A stretch of 64,000 nucleotides of DNA from Clostridia bacterium (GCA_040772685.1 JAXGXQ010000001.1:449930-513929); one strand, 5' to 3'. Positions 31,741 through 41,490 are shown, counted from the first letter of the stretch. The notes: a model not told the origin generated them from the sequence alone. Numbers and translations are program-made.

Positions 31741-34314
31741 TTACTTAGTCTTACTGCCAGGGCTCCTCAACCAGGTGCTGACTGAAGTGCGGTCAGAATA
31801 AATTTTGACTACTATGGCCCCACACTGATCGGTGCGGGCCAGGCCGATATCCCGCTGCTCAAGGCGTTCCAGCATGGTCGGGGCCGGGTGACCATAATCG
31901 TTACGTCCGACGCTGATCAAAGCCAGTTCTGGTTCAACAGCGCTCAATAGTGACAAGCCAGTAGTTGCGTTTGAACCGTGATGAGCGACTTTTAAAATAT
32001 TTGCCTTCAGGTTTTGCCCTGAGCGAACCAGTTCCTGTTCGCTCTCCCGGTCGCAATCAGCTGTTAACAGCAACGAAAAGCTGCCGTCGGCAGCGGTCAA
32101 ACGCATAATCAGGCTATGAGCGTTGCTTCCGCGCCGGTTCAACTCCAATATGGCTGCATCACTGCTGAGCGGCTCTGTCGGTGCCAAAACCAGAAGTTTT
32201 GCGCCTGAACCTAACGGGATTGTATCACCTTTTTCTGTGCCCTGCACCTGCAGACCTGCTGCCCCGGCAAGCGGTAAAAGCCCTGCCAATACATCCTTTT
32301 CCAAACCATTAGAATTTTTCTGTAGCTCGTTGTCCGAATTTGTCAATTGATCAAGACTAATCTGCGGTACGACAATCCGGTCAATTTTCACTGGCGTAAG
32401 CAGACTCTTAAGACCGCCTGCGTGGTCAGCATGTCCATGCGTTATGATAACCTGACTAAGCTTGCGAATGCCCAAAGCCTGCAAAGCGGGTTGTAAATCA
32501 GCTTTTCCCGCAGCCTCTGTGCCTGTGTCGATTAAGGTAGTAGTTCCATCCCGCGCCTGCAGTAACATGGCATCGCCCTGACCCACATCAAACATCCAGA
32601 TTGTCAGATCCGGCCTGGTCACACTGGTTTGAAGCTGGAGAATCATTGCTGCCAGCAACAGCAAACAAGCTAAACGCTGCATTCGGCGCCGCCAATGGAA
32701 CGACACTATAATCAGACTGGCGAAAGCGATTGCCAAGGCTGCCAGATAGAGTTGCGGCAGCTGGCCGGTGAGGACACGCGGCCAACCAGGCGCGGCAAAA
32801 ACAGTCGCCAGTCGGATCAGAGCCTGCAAAAGCCAGCGCACCGGCCAGGCCAGGATGCGCAAGCATACTGCTATCGCGGATATTTTGGCGGTCATAGGCA
32901 GCAATAACAAGGTTGGCAGCAGAACACAGGCTCCGAGTAAAGAAATGCCTTCTGCCAACGGCAAGGCCGGCAGATTCGCGACAATTGAAAGCGGCGAGAA
33001 GATGCCCGTGACCAGCAGCTGCAGAGGCAAAACAGTCAGTTGGACAGAGAGATTAAGGGAAAGCAGTACCCTGATTCCTGCAGGCAACAAGGGAATCCAG
33101 CGTTGCAGTCTTGCTGACATTCTTTCACTTGCCAGTAAAATTCCGGCAGTCGCTAAAAACGAAAGCTGAAAAGAAAATGAAAGAATTAGCAGCGGTTTGC
33201 TCAGCAGCATAAAAGTGGCAGCAAACAGTAAAGCGTTCAAGGGGTCACTGCGGCGGCGGCCAAGTTTCCCGACCAGCGTCAGAATAACCATTATGATGGC
33301 GCGGGTTACGGAAGCTTCCCAGGCAGTTAAAAAACCAAAGCCAAGCACAAAGATCAGCAAGCCCAAAATCCGCAAATTGCGGCGGCGCAACACCTTCAGT
33401 AACAGATATGTCATTGGCGCCAATAAGAAAGCGACATTAGCCCCAGATACAGCTGTCAGGTGAGAAATTCCGGCTGCCTGAAAAGCAGCTTTGTCTTGCT
33501 TCGACATTCGAGCTGTATCGCCCGTCAAGACACCCAGCAACAAGCCGGCTTCTTCTGCTGGCATCAACATCAGAGCAGCCTTGGTGAGCGCTGCCCTGGC
33601 CCGCAGAGCACCGACTGACAGAATATTAGTACTTTTGTCGGTTACTTGCAGTCGATTGAGAAATAAATCGGCTTTGAGAAAAATTCCGGAACGGGCTAAA
33701 TACATCTTTTCATCAAAACCACCGGGATTTCGTTGAGCAGAGGGCACAGAAAACCGGGCCTGAAAACTGATTGTCTGCCCCGGCAGCAGATGCCCCACTT
33801 CCCCGCTTAATTGCACAACACTGCCGTCAGATAATCGGACATCAACCCGCCCCCAGTCATTTCCAAAGTCGGGATCAGCAGCTGTTACCAGCTTGATTAC
33901 CTTGCCGCTTTCACGGGCGATTCTGCCGCTAAGCCGTTCCTGGGCAGCCTTGCCGCCAGCCAGCAGTACCTTTGTCTGCCAAAAAGTTAAACAAAAACAG
34001 ACACAAACAAGCAAAATTACAAAACGGAAGAATGAAGCTTGTTGTTCTTCTAAGACTGGTCTAAGCAAGTCTGAAGCTTGTTGGTTTTTTAATCTGTACC
34101 TTTGACCTGGCGAAATTACCAGCCGAAAAATCAGCAAAACAACGACAAAAAGCGACACAAGAACAAGCGGCACAAACGAAACCTGGTTGCCAAGCCTGCT
34201 GTCTGCAACCCGCCAGGCAAGTCCTGAACCGGCAGCCGCAGCACAGGCAGGTCCCAGCATTGGTGGACATCTGGCAAAAGCGGCCTGAAAGCGACGGTTC
34301 TGAATGTCTGGCAT
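31741..34314 (-). CDS. comEC: DNA internalisation-related competence protein ComEC/Rec2
   Basis: It has a polytopic competence domain plus a C-terminal MBL domain (ITHGHADHAGG, VAHHGS). An AGGAGG RBS precedes the ATG at 34314. Confidence 0.88.
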   Translation of the reverse strand: MPDIQNRRFQAAFARCPPMLGPACAAAAGSGLAWRVADSRLGNQVSFVPLVLVSLFVVVLLIFRLVISPGQRYRLKNQQASDLLRPVLEEQQASFFRFVILLVCVCFCLTFWQTKVLLAGGKAAQERLSGRIARESGKVIKLVTAADPDFGNDWGRVDVRLSDGSVVQLSGEVGHLLPGQTISFQARFSVPSAQRNPGGFDEKMYLARSGIFLKADLFLNRLQVTDKSTNILSVGALRARAALTKAALMLMPAEEAGLLLGVLTGDTARMSKQDKAAFQAAGISHLTAVSGANVAFLLAPMTYLLLKVLRRRNLRILGLLIFVLGFGFLTAWEASVTRAIIMVILTLVGKLGRRRSDPLNALLFAATFMLLSKPLLILSFSFQLSFLATAGILLASERMSARLQRWIPLLPAGIRVLLSLNLSVQLTVLPLQLLVTGIFSPLSIVANLPALPLAEGISLLGACVLLPTLLLLPMTAKISAIAVCLRILAWPVRWLLQALIRLATVFAAPGWPRVLTGQLPQLYLAALAIAFASLIIVSFHWRRRMQRLACLLLLAAMILQLQTSVTRPDLTIWMFDVGQGDAMLLQARDGTTTLIDTGTEAAGKADLQPALQALGIRKLSQVIITHGHADHAGGLKSLLTPVKIDRIVVPQISLDQLTNSDNELQKNSNGLEKDVLAGLLPLAGAAGLQVQGTEKGDTIPLGSGAKLLVLAPTEPLSSDAAILELNRRGSNAHSLIMRLTAADGSFSLLLTADCDRESEQELVRSGQNLKANILKVAHHGSNATTGLSLLSAVEPELALISVGRNDYGHPAPTMLERLEQRDIGLARTDQCGAIVVKIYSDRTSVSTWLRSPGSKTK

Positions 34315-34479
34315 AGAAAAAACCTCCTGACGGAGGCATTTTCGCACTTAAGTATTGTTATTGGGGCATCCCCCTGAAGTCAGAAAACGACAGGTCAGGT
34401 TTTAATAAGTTGCGTGGAACAGCTGGCAGGGAAAATATCCGCTTTGATTGTGACCGTTTTGATTGGCTTTGTCGGCAGA

Positions 34480-35073
34480 TTATTCCAGGCCCAAAGCAGC
34501 AAGGATAATGCTGCGCAACTCTTCAATGCCGATTTTTGCGGTTGTCGAAAAAGGCACCAGGTCGGCAGGGTCGGTATCGAGCAACTTCGCCATTTCCTTG
34601 ACACGCAGATTCATCGCCTGTCGGCTAAGCTTGTCGGCCTTGGTTAAAACAATTTGGTACGGCAGGTTATGGGCATGCAGCCAGTCCATCATGCGTCGGT
34701 CCGCTTCGGTAGGCGCATGCCGGATGTCCAGCAAGTGGAGCACCAGACTAATCGGGCGGCCGGAGTTAAGGTAAGCATCTGTAAGGCGATTGAAATTATC
34801 CTTTACTTCCTGAGCCACCAGCGCATAGCCATAGCCGGGAAGATCTGTCAGGTAGAATTGATTATCAACCAGAAAATAAAGAATGATACGTGTTTTGCCG
34901 GGTGCCTGGCTGACTCGCGCCAGCTTTTTCTGGTCGGTCAGCGAGTTGATCAGGGACGATTTGCCAACATTTGAACGACCGGAAAGAATGATCTCAGGCC
35001 TGCCGTTTTGCGGCACCTGGTCAAGCCTCCCGGCTGCAACATCAAGATTTGCTCTGCGAAAATCAATTGCCAT
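34480..35073 (-). CDS. engB: ribosome-biogenesis GTPase YsxC/EngB
   Basis: G1 GRSNVGKSS, G3 DLPGYG and G4 TKADK motifs. An AAGGGG RBS favours the ATG at 35073 over the GTG at 35082. Confidence 0.9.
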   Translation of the reverse strand: MAIDFRRANLDVAAGRLDQVPQNGRPEIILSGRSNVGKSSLINSLTDQKKLARVSQAPGKTRIILYFLVDNQFYLTDLPGYGYALVAQEVKDNFNRLTDAYLNSGRPISLVLHLLDIRHAPTEADRRMMDWLHAHNLPYQIVLTKADKLSRQAMNLRVKEMAKLLDTDPADLVPFSTTAKIGIEELRSIILAALGLE

Positions 35074-35364
35074 TTTTTGCACCCCTTTACTGCTTGCATT
35101 CTACCTGAGCATAGACACAGCGTCAAAATTTCTCACTGCTGAATAATCAAACTTGACAGACATGCAGGGTACTTGCTGCTTCAATCTTAGTTAGTTTGTA
35201 AAGCCAAATTAGTTTCATTCAAGCCATGAATCAGCTATAATCAAATAATAATGTCTGCAAATCAATAAGATTACTGCACTACGGCACGCAGACACCACAT
35301 CAGCCAGCGAAGCAAGGCTGAGAAGCGGCGTTACACCAACCCGTTTGAGAGTGGACGAAAGTTG

Positions 35365-35395
35365 AGCCGTTGTTCTTAATTGTCTGACAACGGCT
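35365..35395 (+). promoter_or_regulatory. 9-bp stem hairpin in the long 5' leader of the prs-like operon
   Basis: AGCCGTTGT (35365-35373) pairs with ACAACGGCT (35387-35395). It is followed only by TTAATAAA, so it is not a canonical terminator. It lies about 25 nt before the start codon. Confidence 0.3.
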
Positions 35396-35420
35396 TTAAT
35401 AAACTGGCAGGAGAGAATTG

Positions 35421-36641
35421 ATGTCGGCTGAACAGGTCGGAGGCGACAAAAACTACTTCATTTATGATCAGTACGGCGACAACACCATGCCGCCTGTGGG
35501 CCCGATAGGGCTTGTTTCATTGCAAATCAGCGATGATTTTTCGGACGCTGTCAATTATCATCTGCGCAACCGCCGCTCTACTTATCTGGCAAAACACCCT
35601 GAACTGACGCAGAACCCCGGTTTTATCCGGCTTGATTACCGCCTTAATTATGATATTGAGCGTTTCCCTTCCGGCGAAGGCAAAGCCGTGATCAACCAAT
35701 CGGTACGCGGCCACGACTTATTTATCATTACCGACGTGCTCAATTACAGTGTCGAGTACACCCGCTTCGGCAAATCCGTCAGCACCAGCCCCGATGATCA
35801 TTTTCAGAACCTGATCCGGGTTATTCTGGCAACAGCCGGCCAGGCACGACGCATCAATCTGGTAATGCCTTATCTTTATGAAGCCCGCCAGTACCATCGC
35901 ACAGCCCGTGAATCCCTCGATTGCGCCCACATGTTGCAGGAACTCGACAAACTCGGCGTTGACAACATCATTACTTTTGATGCGCATGACGCCCGGGTTG
36001 CCAATGCCATACCGCTGCGCAGTTTTGAATCGATCCCCACTTCTTTCCAGATAATTGAATCGCTGCTGACCTCCGTTCCCGACCTCGATCTCGTGCCGGG
36101 CCGCTTTATGGTTGTCAGTCCTGACGAGACCAGTATTGCCCGTTGTATGTACTACGCCTCGATGATGGAAGTGCCGCTCGGCATTTATTACCGCCAGTTC
36201 GACCATTCCAAAATTGTTAATGGCCGCAATCCGATTATCGCCTACTCATTCCTGGGCGAAGATGTCAGCGGTCAGGACGTTCTGGTGGTTGACGACATGA
36301 TCATGACAGGCAACACCATGCTGCGAATTGCCCGTGATCTCAAGGCTAAAGGTGCCCGCCGCGTTTTTTGCGCCGCATCCTTCGCCCTGATGACCAATGG
36401 CATCAAGGAAATCCAGCAGGCATACGACGAAGGTGTAATTAACAAGGTAGTATCCACCAACCTGATCTATCGACCGGAAGAACTGCGCCAGGCGCCCTTT
36501 TTCACCGAAGTTGACATGTCGCGTTTTGTCGCTCTCCTGATCGATGCCATTAACCATGACGCCTCATTGTCCACCTTGATTACACCTACCATTAAAATCA
36601 CCAAGTTGCTTGATTATCATCGAAGGAGGACACAACTTTGA
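35421..36641 (+). CDS. PRPP-synthetase-like (ribose-phosphate pyrophosphokinase family) protein, paralog A
   Basis: About 406 aa. Prs N-domain RFPSGEGKAVINQSVRGHDLFIITD, ARRINLVMPYLYEARQ, and PRPP loop VLVVDDMIMTGNT. The SPDxGG and KRR motifs are replaced by SPDETS and RQF. Confidence 0.75.
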   Translation: MSAEQVGGDKNYFIYDQYGDNTMPPVGPIGLVSLQISDDFSDAVNYHLRNRRSTYLAKHPELTQNPGFIRLDYRLNYDIERFPSGEGKAVINQSVRGHDLFIITDVLNYSVEYTRFGKSVSTSPDDHFQNLIRVILATAGQARRINLVMPYLYEARQYHRTARESLDCAHMLQELDKLGVDNIITFDAHDARVANAIPLRSFESIPTSFQIIESLLTSVPDLDLVPGRFMVVSPDETSIARCMYYASMMEVPLGIYYRQFDHSKIVNGRNPIIAYSFLGEDVSGQDVLVVDDMIMTGNTMLRIARDLKAKGARRVFCAASFALMTNGIKEIQQAYDEGVINKVVSTNLIYRPEELRQAPFFTEVDMSRFVALLIDAINHDASLSTLITPTIKITKLLDYHRRRTQL

Positions 36642-37861
36642 TCGTTCCAGACGATAAGTCTTACTACATTTATAACCAGTATGGCAACAATCGGATGCAG
36701 CCAGTCGGCCCGGTTGGGATTATTCCCTTAATCGGCAGTATGGAATTTGCGGAAAAAGTCAACGAATTCCTCTGTTCCCGCCGCACTGAATACCTGGAGC
36801 TGCAGCCTGAAGCTGCTGACGAAAGCCCAGGGTTTATCCGCAGCGACTACCGTGTCTCAGTCAATACCCTGCGCTTCTCCTCGGGTGAAGGCAAAGCTGT
36901 TATCAACAACACCGTTCGCGGGCATGACATATTCATTATCACTGATGTGATGAACCATTCCTGCACCTACTGCATGTTTGGCGAACCCAACCGCATGAGT
37001 CCTGACGACCATTACCAGGATCTCAAGCGCGTTATTTACGCGATCAGCGGCAAAGCCCGCCGGATCAATGTTGTCATGCCTTTTCTGTATGAAAGCCGCC
37101 AGCACAAACGCAATTCCCGCGAATCGCTGGACTGTGCCGCCATGCTGGAAGAACTCGCTGACCTCGGCGTTGCCAATATCCTCACCTTTGACGCCCATGA
37201 CGACCGCGTAGCCAATGCTGTACCGATTGGCGGTTTCGAAAATATCGGCGCTGTTTACCAGATTATCAAGGCCATGTTCCGGACAATCGAGAACCTCAAT
37301 ATCCGCGATGACAAAATGATGATCGTCAGCCCGGATGAAGGCGGTATCCCGCGCGCCATGTATTACTCATCCATGTTGGGTCTGCCGCTGGGAACTTTTT
37401 ATAAGCGACGCGATTACACCCAGGTTATCGAAGGCCGCAACCCCATTATTGCGCACGAGTTCCTCGGCGATTCCGTTGAAGGACTTGACATCCTGATTGT
37501 TGATGATATGATTTCTTCCGGCGAATCGATGATCGATATCGCACGTGAACTCAAGAGCCGCAAGGCTAACCGTATCTTCTGCGCAGTTACTTTCGGCTTG
37601 TTCACAAACGGCATTGATGCTTTTCAGGAAGCCTATGAACAAGGTATAATACATAAGGTTTTCGCGACCAACCTGACCTATCGCCGGCCTGAACTGCTGG
37701 CAGCGGAATGGTTTGTCGATGTAAATATGGCAAAATTTGTGGCGCTGCTGATCGATGCGATCAACCATGACGCTTCGTTGTCCACCCTGGTTGACCCAAC
37801 GGTTAAAATCCGCAATCTGTTAAATAACCGCGGTAGCCTGGACAACAGCTCAAACAAATAA
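36638..37861 (+). CDS. PRPP-synthetase-like protein, paralog B
   Basis: 407 aa. The TTG start is coupled to the stop of A (TTGA) and lies behind a GAAGGAGG RBS. It keeps SPDEGGIPRA and KRRD, but the PRPP loop is ILIVDDMISSGES. It shares the block FVALLIDAINHDASLSTL with A. Confidence 0.75.
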   Translation: MIVPDDKSYYIYNQYGNNRMQPVGPVGIIPLIGSMEFAEKVNEFLCSRRTEYLELQPEAADESPGFIRSDYRVSVNTLRFSSGEGKAVINNTVRGHDIFIITDVMNHSCTYCMFGEPNRMSPDDHYQDLKRVIYAISGKARRINVVMPFLYESRQHKRNSRESLDCAAMLEELADLGVANILTFDAHDDRVANAVPIGGFENIGAVYQIIKAMFRTIENLNIRDDKMMIVSPDEGGIPRAMYYSSMLGLPLGTFYKRRDYTQVIEGRNPIIAHEFLGDSVEGLDILIVDDMISSGESMIDIARELKSRKANRIFCAVTFGLFTNGIDAFQEAYEQGIIHKVFATNLTYRRPELLAAEWFVDVNMAKFVALLIDAINHDASLSTLVDPTVKIRNLLNNRGSLDNSSNK

Positions 37862-37943
37862 AGCAAGCAAACAAAACCACCACCCGACCCGTCCTGTCCA
37901 GTGCAGAGAATCCAGAACACAAACACAAGAGAGGTAAGTTGAA

Positions 37944-39134
37944 ATGGGAGAATTGCTACGGGAAGTATTCAGTGGTGTACTTTATTTCGGAACAGTTGAA
38001 GGAATAAAGACACTCGTTATGTTTTTGATCGCAGGTATATTGATTTACCTTGCTATCGCCAAGGATTATGAGCCCGCACTGCTTTTGCCGATCGGCTTCG
38101 GCGCCATCCTGGCGAACCTGCCGCCGGCCGCCGAGGGAGTCGCTGCCGTTATCGGTACCGAACTGTCACCAGGCTTTCTAAAAGTCCTTTACAGTGCCGG
38201 CATAGCCAATGAACTCTTCCCAATTTTGATCTTTATCGCCATCGGCGCGATGATTGACTTCACACCCCTGCTAAAAAACCCTGTAATGATTTTCTTCGGC
38301 GCTGCCGCCCAGTTTGGTATTTTCGCCACATTCCTGGTAACCCTGGCACTTCTGCCGCTCATGGGAGTTACCGGAGCCGACGCCATGCACCTGGCTTCCG
38401 CCATTGGCATTATCGGCGCAGCTGACGGTCCTACCACACTTTATGTTGCCAACTGGTTCAATCTGACAGAATACATCGGGCCGATCTCAGTGGCCGCGTA
38501 TTCCTATATGTCGCTGGTTCCGATCATCCAGCCGCCGGTTATCCGCGCCCTTACCACCAAAAACGAGCGCCGGATCCGGATGGATTATTCCGAAGAAAAG
38601 GTCAGCAGAGTAATCCTGATCATCTTCCCGATCGCCATCACAATTATCGCCGGTATCATTGTTCCGATGAGCGCTCCGCTGGTTGGCGCCCTGATGTTCG
38701 GTAACCTTATCCGTGAGTGCGGCGTGCTTGAGCGCCTTTCCCAGTCAGCCCAAAACGAGCTTTCCAACCTGGTCACCATCCTGCTGGGTATCACCATCGG
38801 TTCAACCATGGTCGCAGACAAATTCATCGATCCGATCACCGGTCTGATCATGCTCTTTGGTCTCTTCGCCTTTGTCTTTGACACAGCGGGCGGCGTCCTT
38901 TTCGCCAAATTCCTCAACCTTTTCCTCAAGAAGAAAATCAACCCGATGATCGGCGCGGCCGGTATCTCCGCTTTCCCAATGTCCGCCCGTGTTATCCAGA
39001 AACTCGCTAAACAAGAAGATCCGAGCAACTTTATTCTCATGCAGGCTATCAGCGCGAACGTCGCCGGCCAGCTGGGCTCAATTGTTGCCGGTGGTCTCGT
39101 AATCTCGCTGGTCACCATGCTGGTTGGCCGCTAA
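37944..39134 (+). CDS. sodium ion-translocating decarboxylase beta subunit (OadB/GcdB/MmdB family)
   Basis: 396 aa, polytopic. The N-terminal block IAGILIYLAIAKDYEPALLLPIGFGAILANLP is characteristic of the family. Confidence 0.85.
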   Translation: MGELLREVFSGVLYFGTVEGIKTLVMFLIAGILIYLAIAKDYEPALLLPIGFGAILANLPPAAEGVAAVIGTELSPGFLKVLYSAGIANELFPILIFIAIGAMIDFTPLLKNPVMIFFGAAAQFGIFATFLVTLALLPLMGVTGADAMHLASAIGIIGAADGPTTLYVANWFNLTEYIGPISVAAYSYMSLVPIIQPPVIRALTTKNERRIRMDYSEEKVSRVILIIFPIAITIIAGIIVPMSAPLVGALMFGNLIRECGVLERLSQSAQNELSNLVTILLGITIGSTMVADKFIDPITGLIMLFGLFAFVFDTAGGVLFAKFLNLFLKKKINPMIGAAGISAFPMSARVIQKLAKQEDPSNFILMQAISANVAGQLGSIVAGGLVISLVTMLVGR

Positions 39135-39161
39135 GCTAAGGAATTCCGGGAGGATTAAAAA

Positions 39162-39308
39162 ATGTTAGAACAACTTAAAAACGCTTCGACAATGACTCAG
39201 GGATTCTTTGTAGCCGGCTTCGGCCTGCTCGGTGTCTTCCTGGTACTTGTACTCTTTTACTTCATGATCAGACTCATGCAGCGTTTCCCGGGCAGCAAAA
39301 AAGATTAA
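39162..39308 (+). CDS. OadG-like small membrane subunit (48 aa, below the ORF-track cutoff)
   Basis: A GGGAGGA RBS is followed by MLEQLKNASTMTQGFFVAGFGLLGVFLVLVLFYFMIRLMQRFPGSKKD. It has a single TM and sits directly after the beta subunit. Confidence 0.6.
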   Translation: MLEQLKNASTMTQGFFVAGFGLLGVFLVLVLFYFMIRLMQRFPGSKKD

Positions 39309-39409
39309 GCCTGCGGGAATTGCCGGAAGCAAAAAGTAAAGCGAGTTTATCCGGCTGCGAAATAATCGGAAAACTGATCTGGTCAAATAAAACAAAAACA
39401 CCTAAAAAA

Positions 39410-39446
39410 ATCGGACAGTTGGAGAAATCCGCTGTCTGATTTTTTG
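39410..39446 (+). terminator. intrinsic terminator ending the prs-like/oadBG operon
   Basis: ATCGGACAG (39410-39418) pairs with CTGTCTGAT (39432-39440, one G-U pair) and is followed by TTTTTT. Confidence 0.7.
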
Positions 39447-39534
39447 TGCTCAAATAAGTACCATTGATACCGATTCTCTTATTTAGCCATGTTATTATAA
39501 TTGGCAACTTTGTTTAAAAGCTGGAGGTATATAG

Positions 39535-41139
39535 ATGAGTAAAAAACTTGATTTAAACAAGACAGTAAGCGAACTTGTCGCAGAATACCCGGAACTGAAA
39601 GAGATTCTGGTAGAACTGGGGTTTAAGGACATAACACAGCCACTGGCGCTCTCAACTGTTGGCCGCATCATGACTATCCCTAACGGTGCATCAATTAAAG
39701 GCATTGAACTGGCGAAAGTTATCACGGCATTACAGGCTAATGGTTTTGAAATCGAAAGCCCTCAAACAGGAGCGGCGCTTGATAAGCTGCAACCGGCAGC
39801 AGGCACTGACGCAAAAGCTGACGCAAAGGCCGCCGCAAAAAGTACTGGAGATAAAGCTGCGACAGAAACCCCCGAAGGCCGGGCGCAGCTGCTGAAGGAG
39901 TACATCACCCGCCTGAGTGATGGCGAAGACCTTGAATCAGTCAGGGCGGATTTTGTCGAAAACTTCAGCTCTGTAGATGCTGCGGAAATCGCTAAAGCGG
40001 AGCAGGATCTAATTCAGGACGGCATGCCTATTGCAGAAGTTCAAAGACTGTGTGATATCCATTCAGCCTTGTTTCATGGTGCTACGCGGGAAGAACAGAT
40101 TGCCAATGCCGATAAGGCGGTAATGGATTCTCTGAAAAACAGAGAGAACGAGTCAGAGTCTACAGCACTTGATTTTTCTCAGATCACCGGACATCCAGTG
40201 AATGTATTCATGGCCGAGAACGAAAATTTCAGCCGATTAATAGATGATGTTAAAAAGGCTTTAGCAGAGCAGCTGGAAGTGCCGGAAATTATCAAGCGGG
40301 TTAACGCGCTTAGAGCCGTCACCATTCACTACGCCAGAAAAGGCGACCTGATCTACCCACTCTTAAACAAGACTTATGGGTTTTCCGGACCTTCAAATGT
40401 AATGTGGGGCGTTGATGATGAGATCAGGGACGAGCTGAAAGTCCTTGCCGGCGCGGGCAATACACTGCCCGATTTTGCTCAGCGGCTGGAAAATGTGCTT
40501 GTTCGGGCTGAGGAAATGATTTACAAGGAAAATAACATTCTTTATCCTCTCTGTATCCAAAAATTCAGTGAAGAAGACTGGATGAGAATTTATTATGAAA
40601 TTCCTGCTTACGCCACAACACTGGCTGAGGGATATCCGGTTTGGCAGGCTGCAGAAGAGAAAAGGGCTGAACTGAAAACTGTTGGCGGAAAAACCGCGGC
40701 AGAAGCGCGGAAGAACGCCGCGCAAGCGCCAGCAGCCAGTGCAGATGCTGTTACCGGTTACGTTACCCTCGGCTCAGGCATGATGACGCTGCAGCAAATT
40801 GAAGCAGTACTTAACACAATTCCCATGGAACTGACCTTTGTTGACGCGGAGAATATCAACCGCTTCTTCAGCCCCGGCGAAAAATTATTTAAGCGTCCGG
40901 ATATGGCGATCGGCAGAGAAGTGTTTTCCTGCCATCCGCCCAAAGTCGAGGCGATGGTCCGGCGGATTATTGACGATTTCCGGGCAGGTAAAGGAGACAG
41001 TGTTAAAGTTTGGGGTAATAAAGGCGGCGTGCCGGTCTACGTACAGTACCTGGCAGTCAGAGACAGTGAAGGTAAATATGTCGGCACATTGGAATGCGTT
41101 CAGGACATGACGTTTGCTGAAGAGCATTTTAAGAAGTAA
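39535..41139 (+). CDS. DUF1858/hemerythrin-like/DUF438/PAS multidomain protein
   Basis: 534 aa. The N-terminal DUF1858-like region (VSELVAEYPELKEILVELGF) is followed by a helical H/E-rich region. A C-terminal PAS-like block contains FSCHPPK. Confidence 0.65.
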   Translation: MSKKLDLNKTVSELVAEYPELKEILVELGFKDITQPLALSTVGRIMTIPNGASIKGIELAKVITALQANGFEIESPQTGAALDKLQPAAGTDAKADAKAAAKSTGDKAATETPEGRAQLLKEYITRLSDGEDLESVRADFVENFSSVDAAEIAKAEQDLIQDGMPIAEVQRLCDIHSALFHGATREEQIANADKAVMDSLKNRENESESTALDFSQITGHPVNVFMAENENFSRLIDDVKKALAEQLEVPEIIKRVNALRAVTIHYARKGDLIYPLLNKTYGFSGPSNVMWGVDDEIRDELKVLAGAGNTLPDFAQRLENVLVRAEEMIYKENNILYPLCIQKFSEEDWMRIYYEIPAYATTLAEGYPVWQAAEEKRAELKTVGGKTAAEARKNAAQAPAASADAVTGYVTLGSGMMTLQQIEAVLNTIPMELTFVDAENINRFFSPGEKLFKRPDMAIGREVFSCHPPKVEAMVRRIIDDFRAGKGDSVKVWGNKGGVPVYVQYLAVRDSEGKYVGTLECVQDMTFAEEHFKK

Positions 41140-41161
41140 AAATTAATCATCTAAAAAAGCA

Positions 41162-41205
41162 CCCCAAAAGCTTACTAATACTCAACTTTTGGGGGCTTTT
41201 ATTTT
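41162..41205 (+). terminator. intrinsic terminator
   Basis: CCCCAAAAG (41162-41170) pairs with CTTTTGGGG (41186-41194) and is followed by a T-rich tract. Confidence 0.7.
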
Positions 41206-41214
41206 TGATTCCCC

Positions 41215-41490
41215 TTAATCGTCGGAGCGCACCATGACCCTGACGAAGCCGACAGCTAGAAAAAGCAGGATTTCAACTGCAGTAATAATGTAAAAAGTGC
41301 TAAAGCGATTGCCGGAGATCAACAGGTTGATTCCCAGCAGCAAAGCGGCAAACAATACAACCAGGAGCATGCGGCCAAAAAAGGTAGCCCTCAGTGCCTG
41401 AATAAAGCTGCGCCAGGCAGATTTTTCGGTATTTGCTTTACTGCGGCTGACGCCTTTGCCTGAGCGGGTGTTCCTCTTCCCTGTCGCCAT
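41215..41490 (-). CDS. small two-TM membrane protein, unknown function
   Basis: 91 aa with a basic N-terminus and then two hydrophobic helices. Confidence 0.5.
   Translation of the reverse strand: MATGKRNTRSGKGVSRSKANTEKSAWRSFIQALRATFFGRMLLVVLFAALLLGINLLISGNRFSTFYIITAVEILLFLAVGFVRVMVRSDD

Noticed and set aside
39165-39401. A 78-aa minus-strand ORF (and 39274-39507) downstream of the decarboxylase beta subunit.
   Set aside because: The plus strand here encodes a 48-aa OadG-like peptide with a strong RBS, followed by a terminator. The minus-strand ORFs have no RBS or recognisable features.
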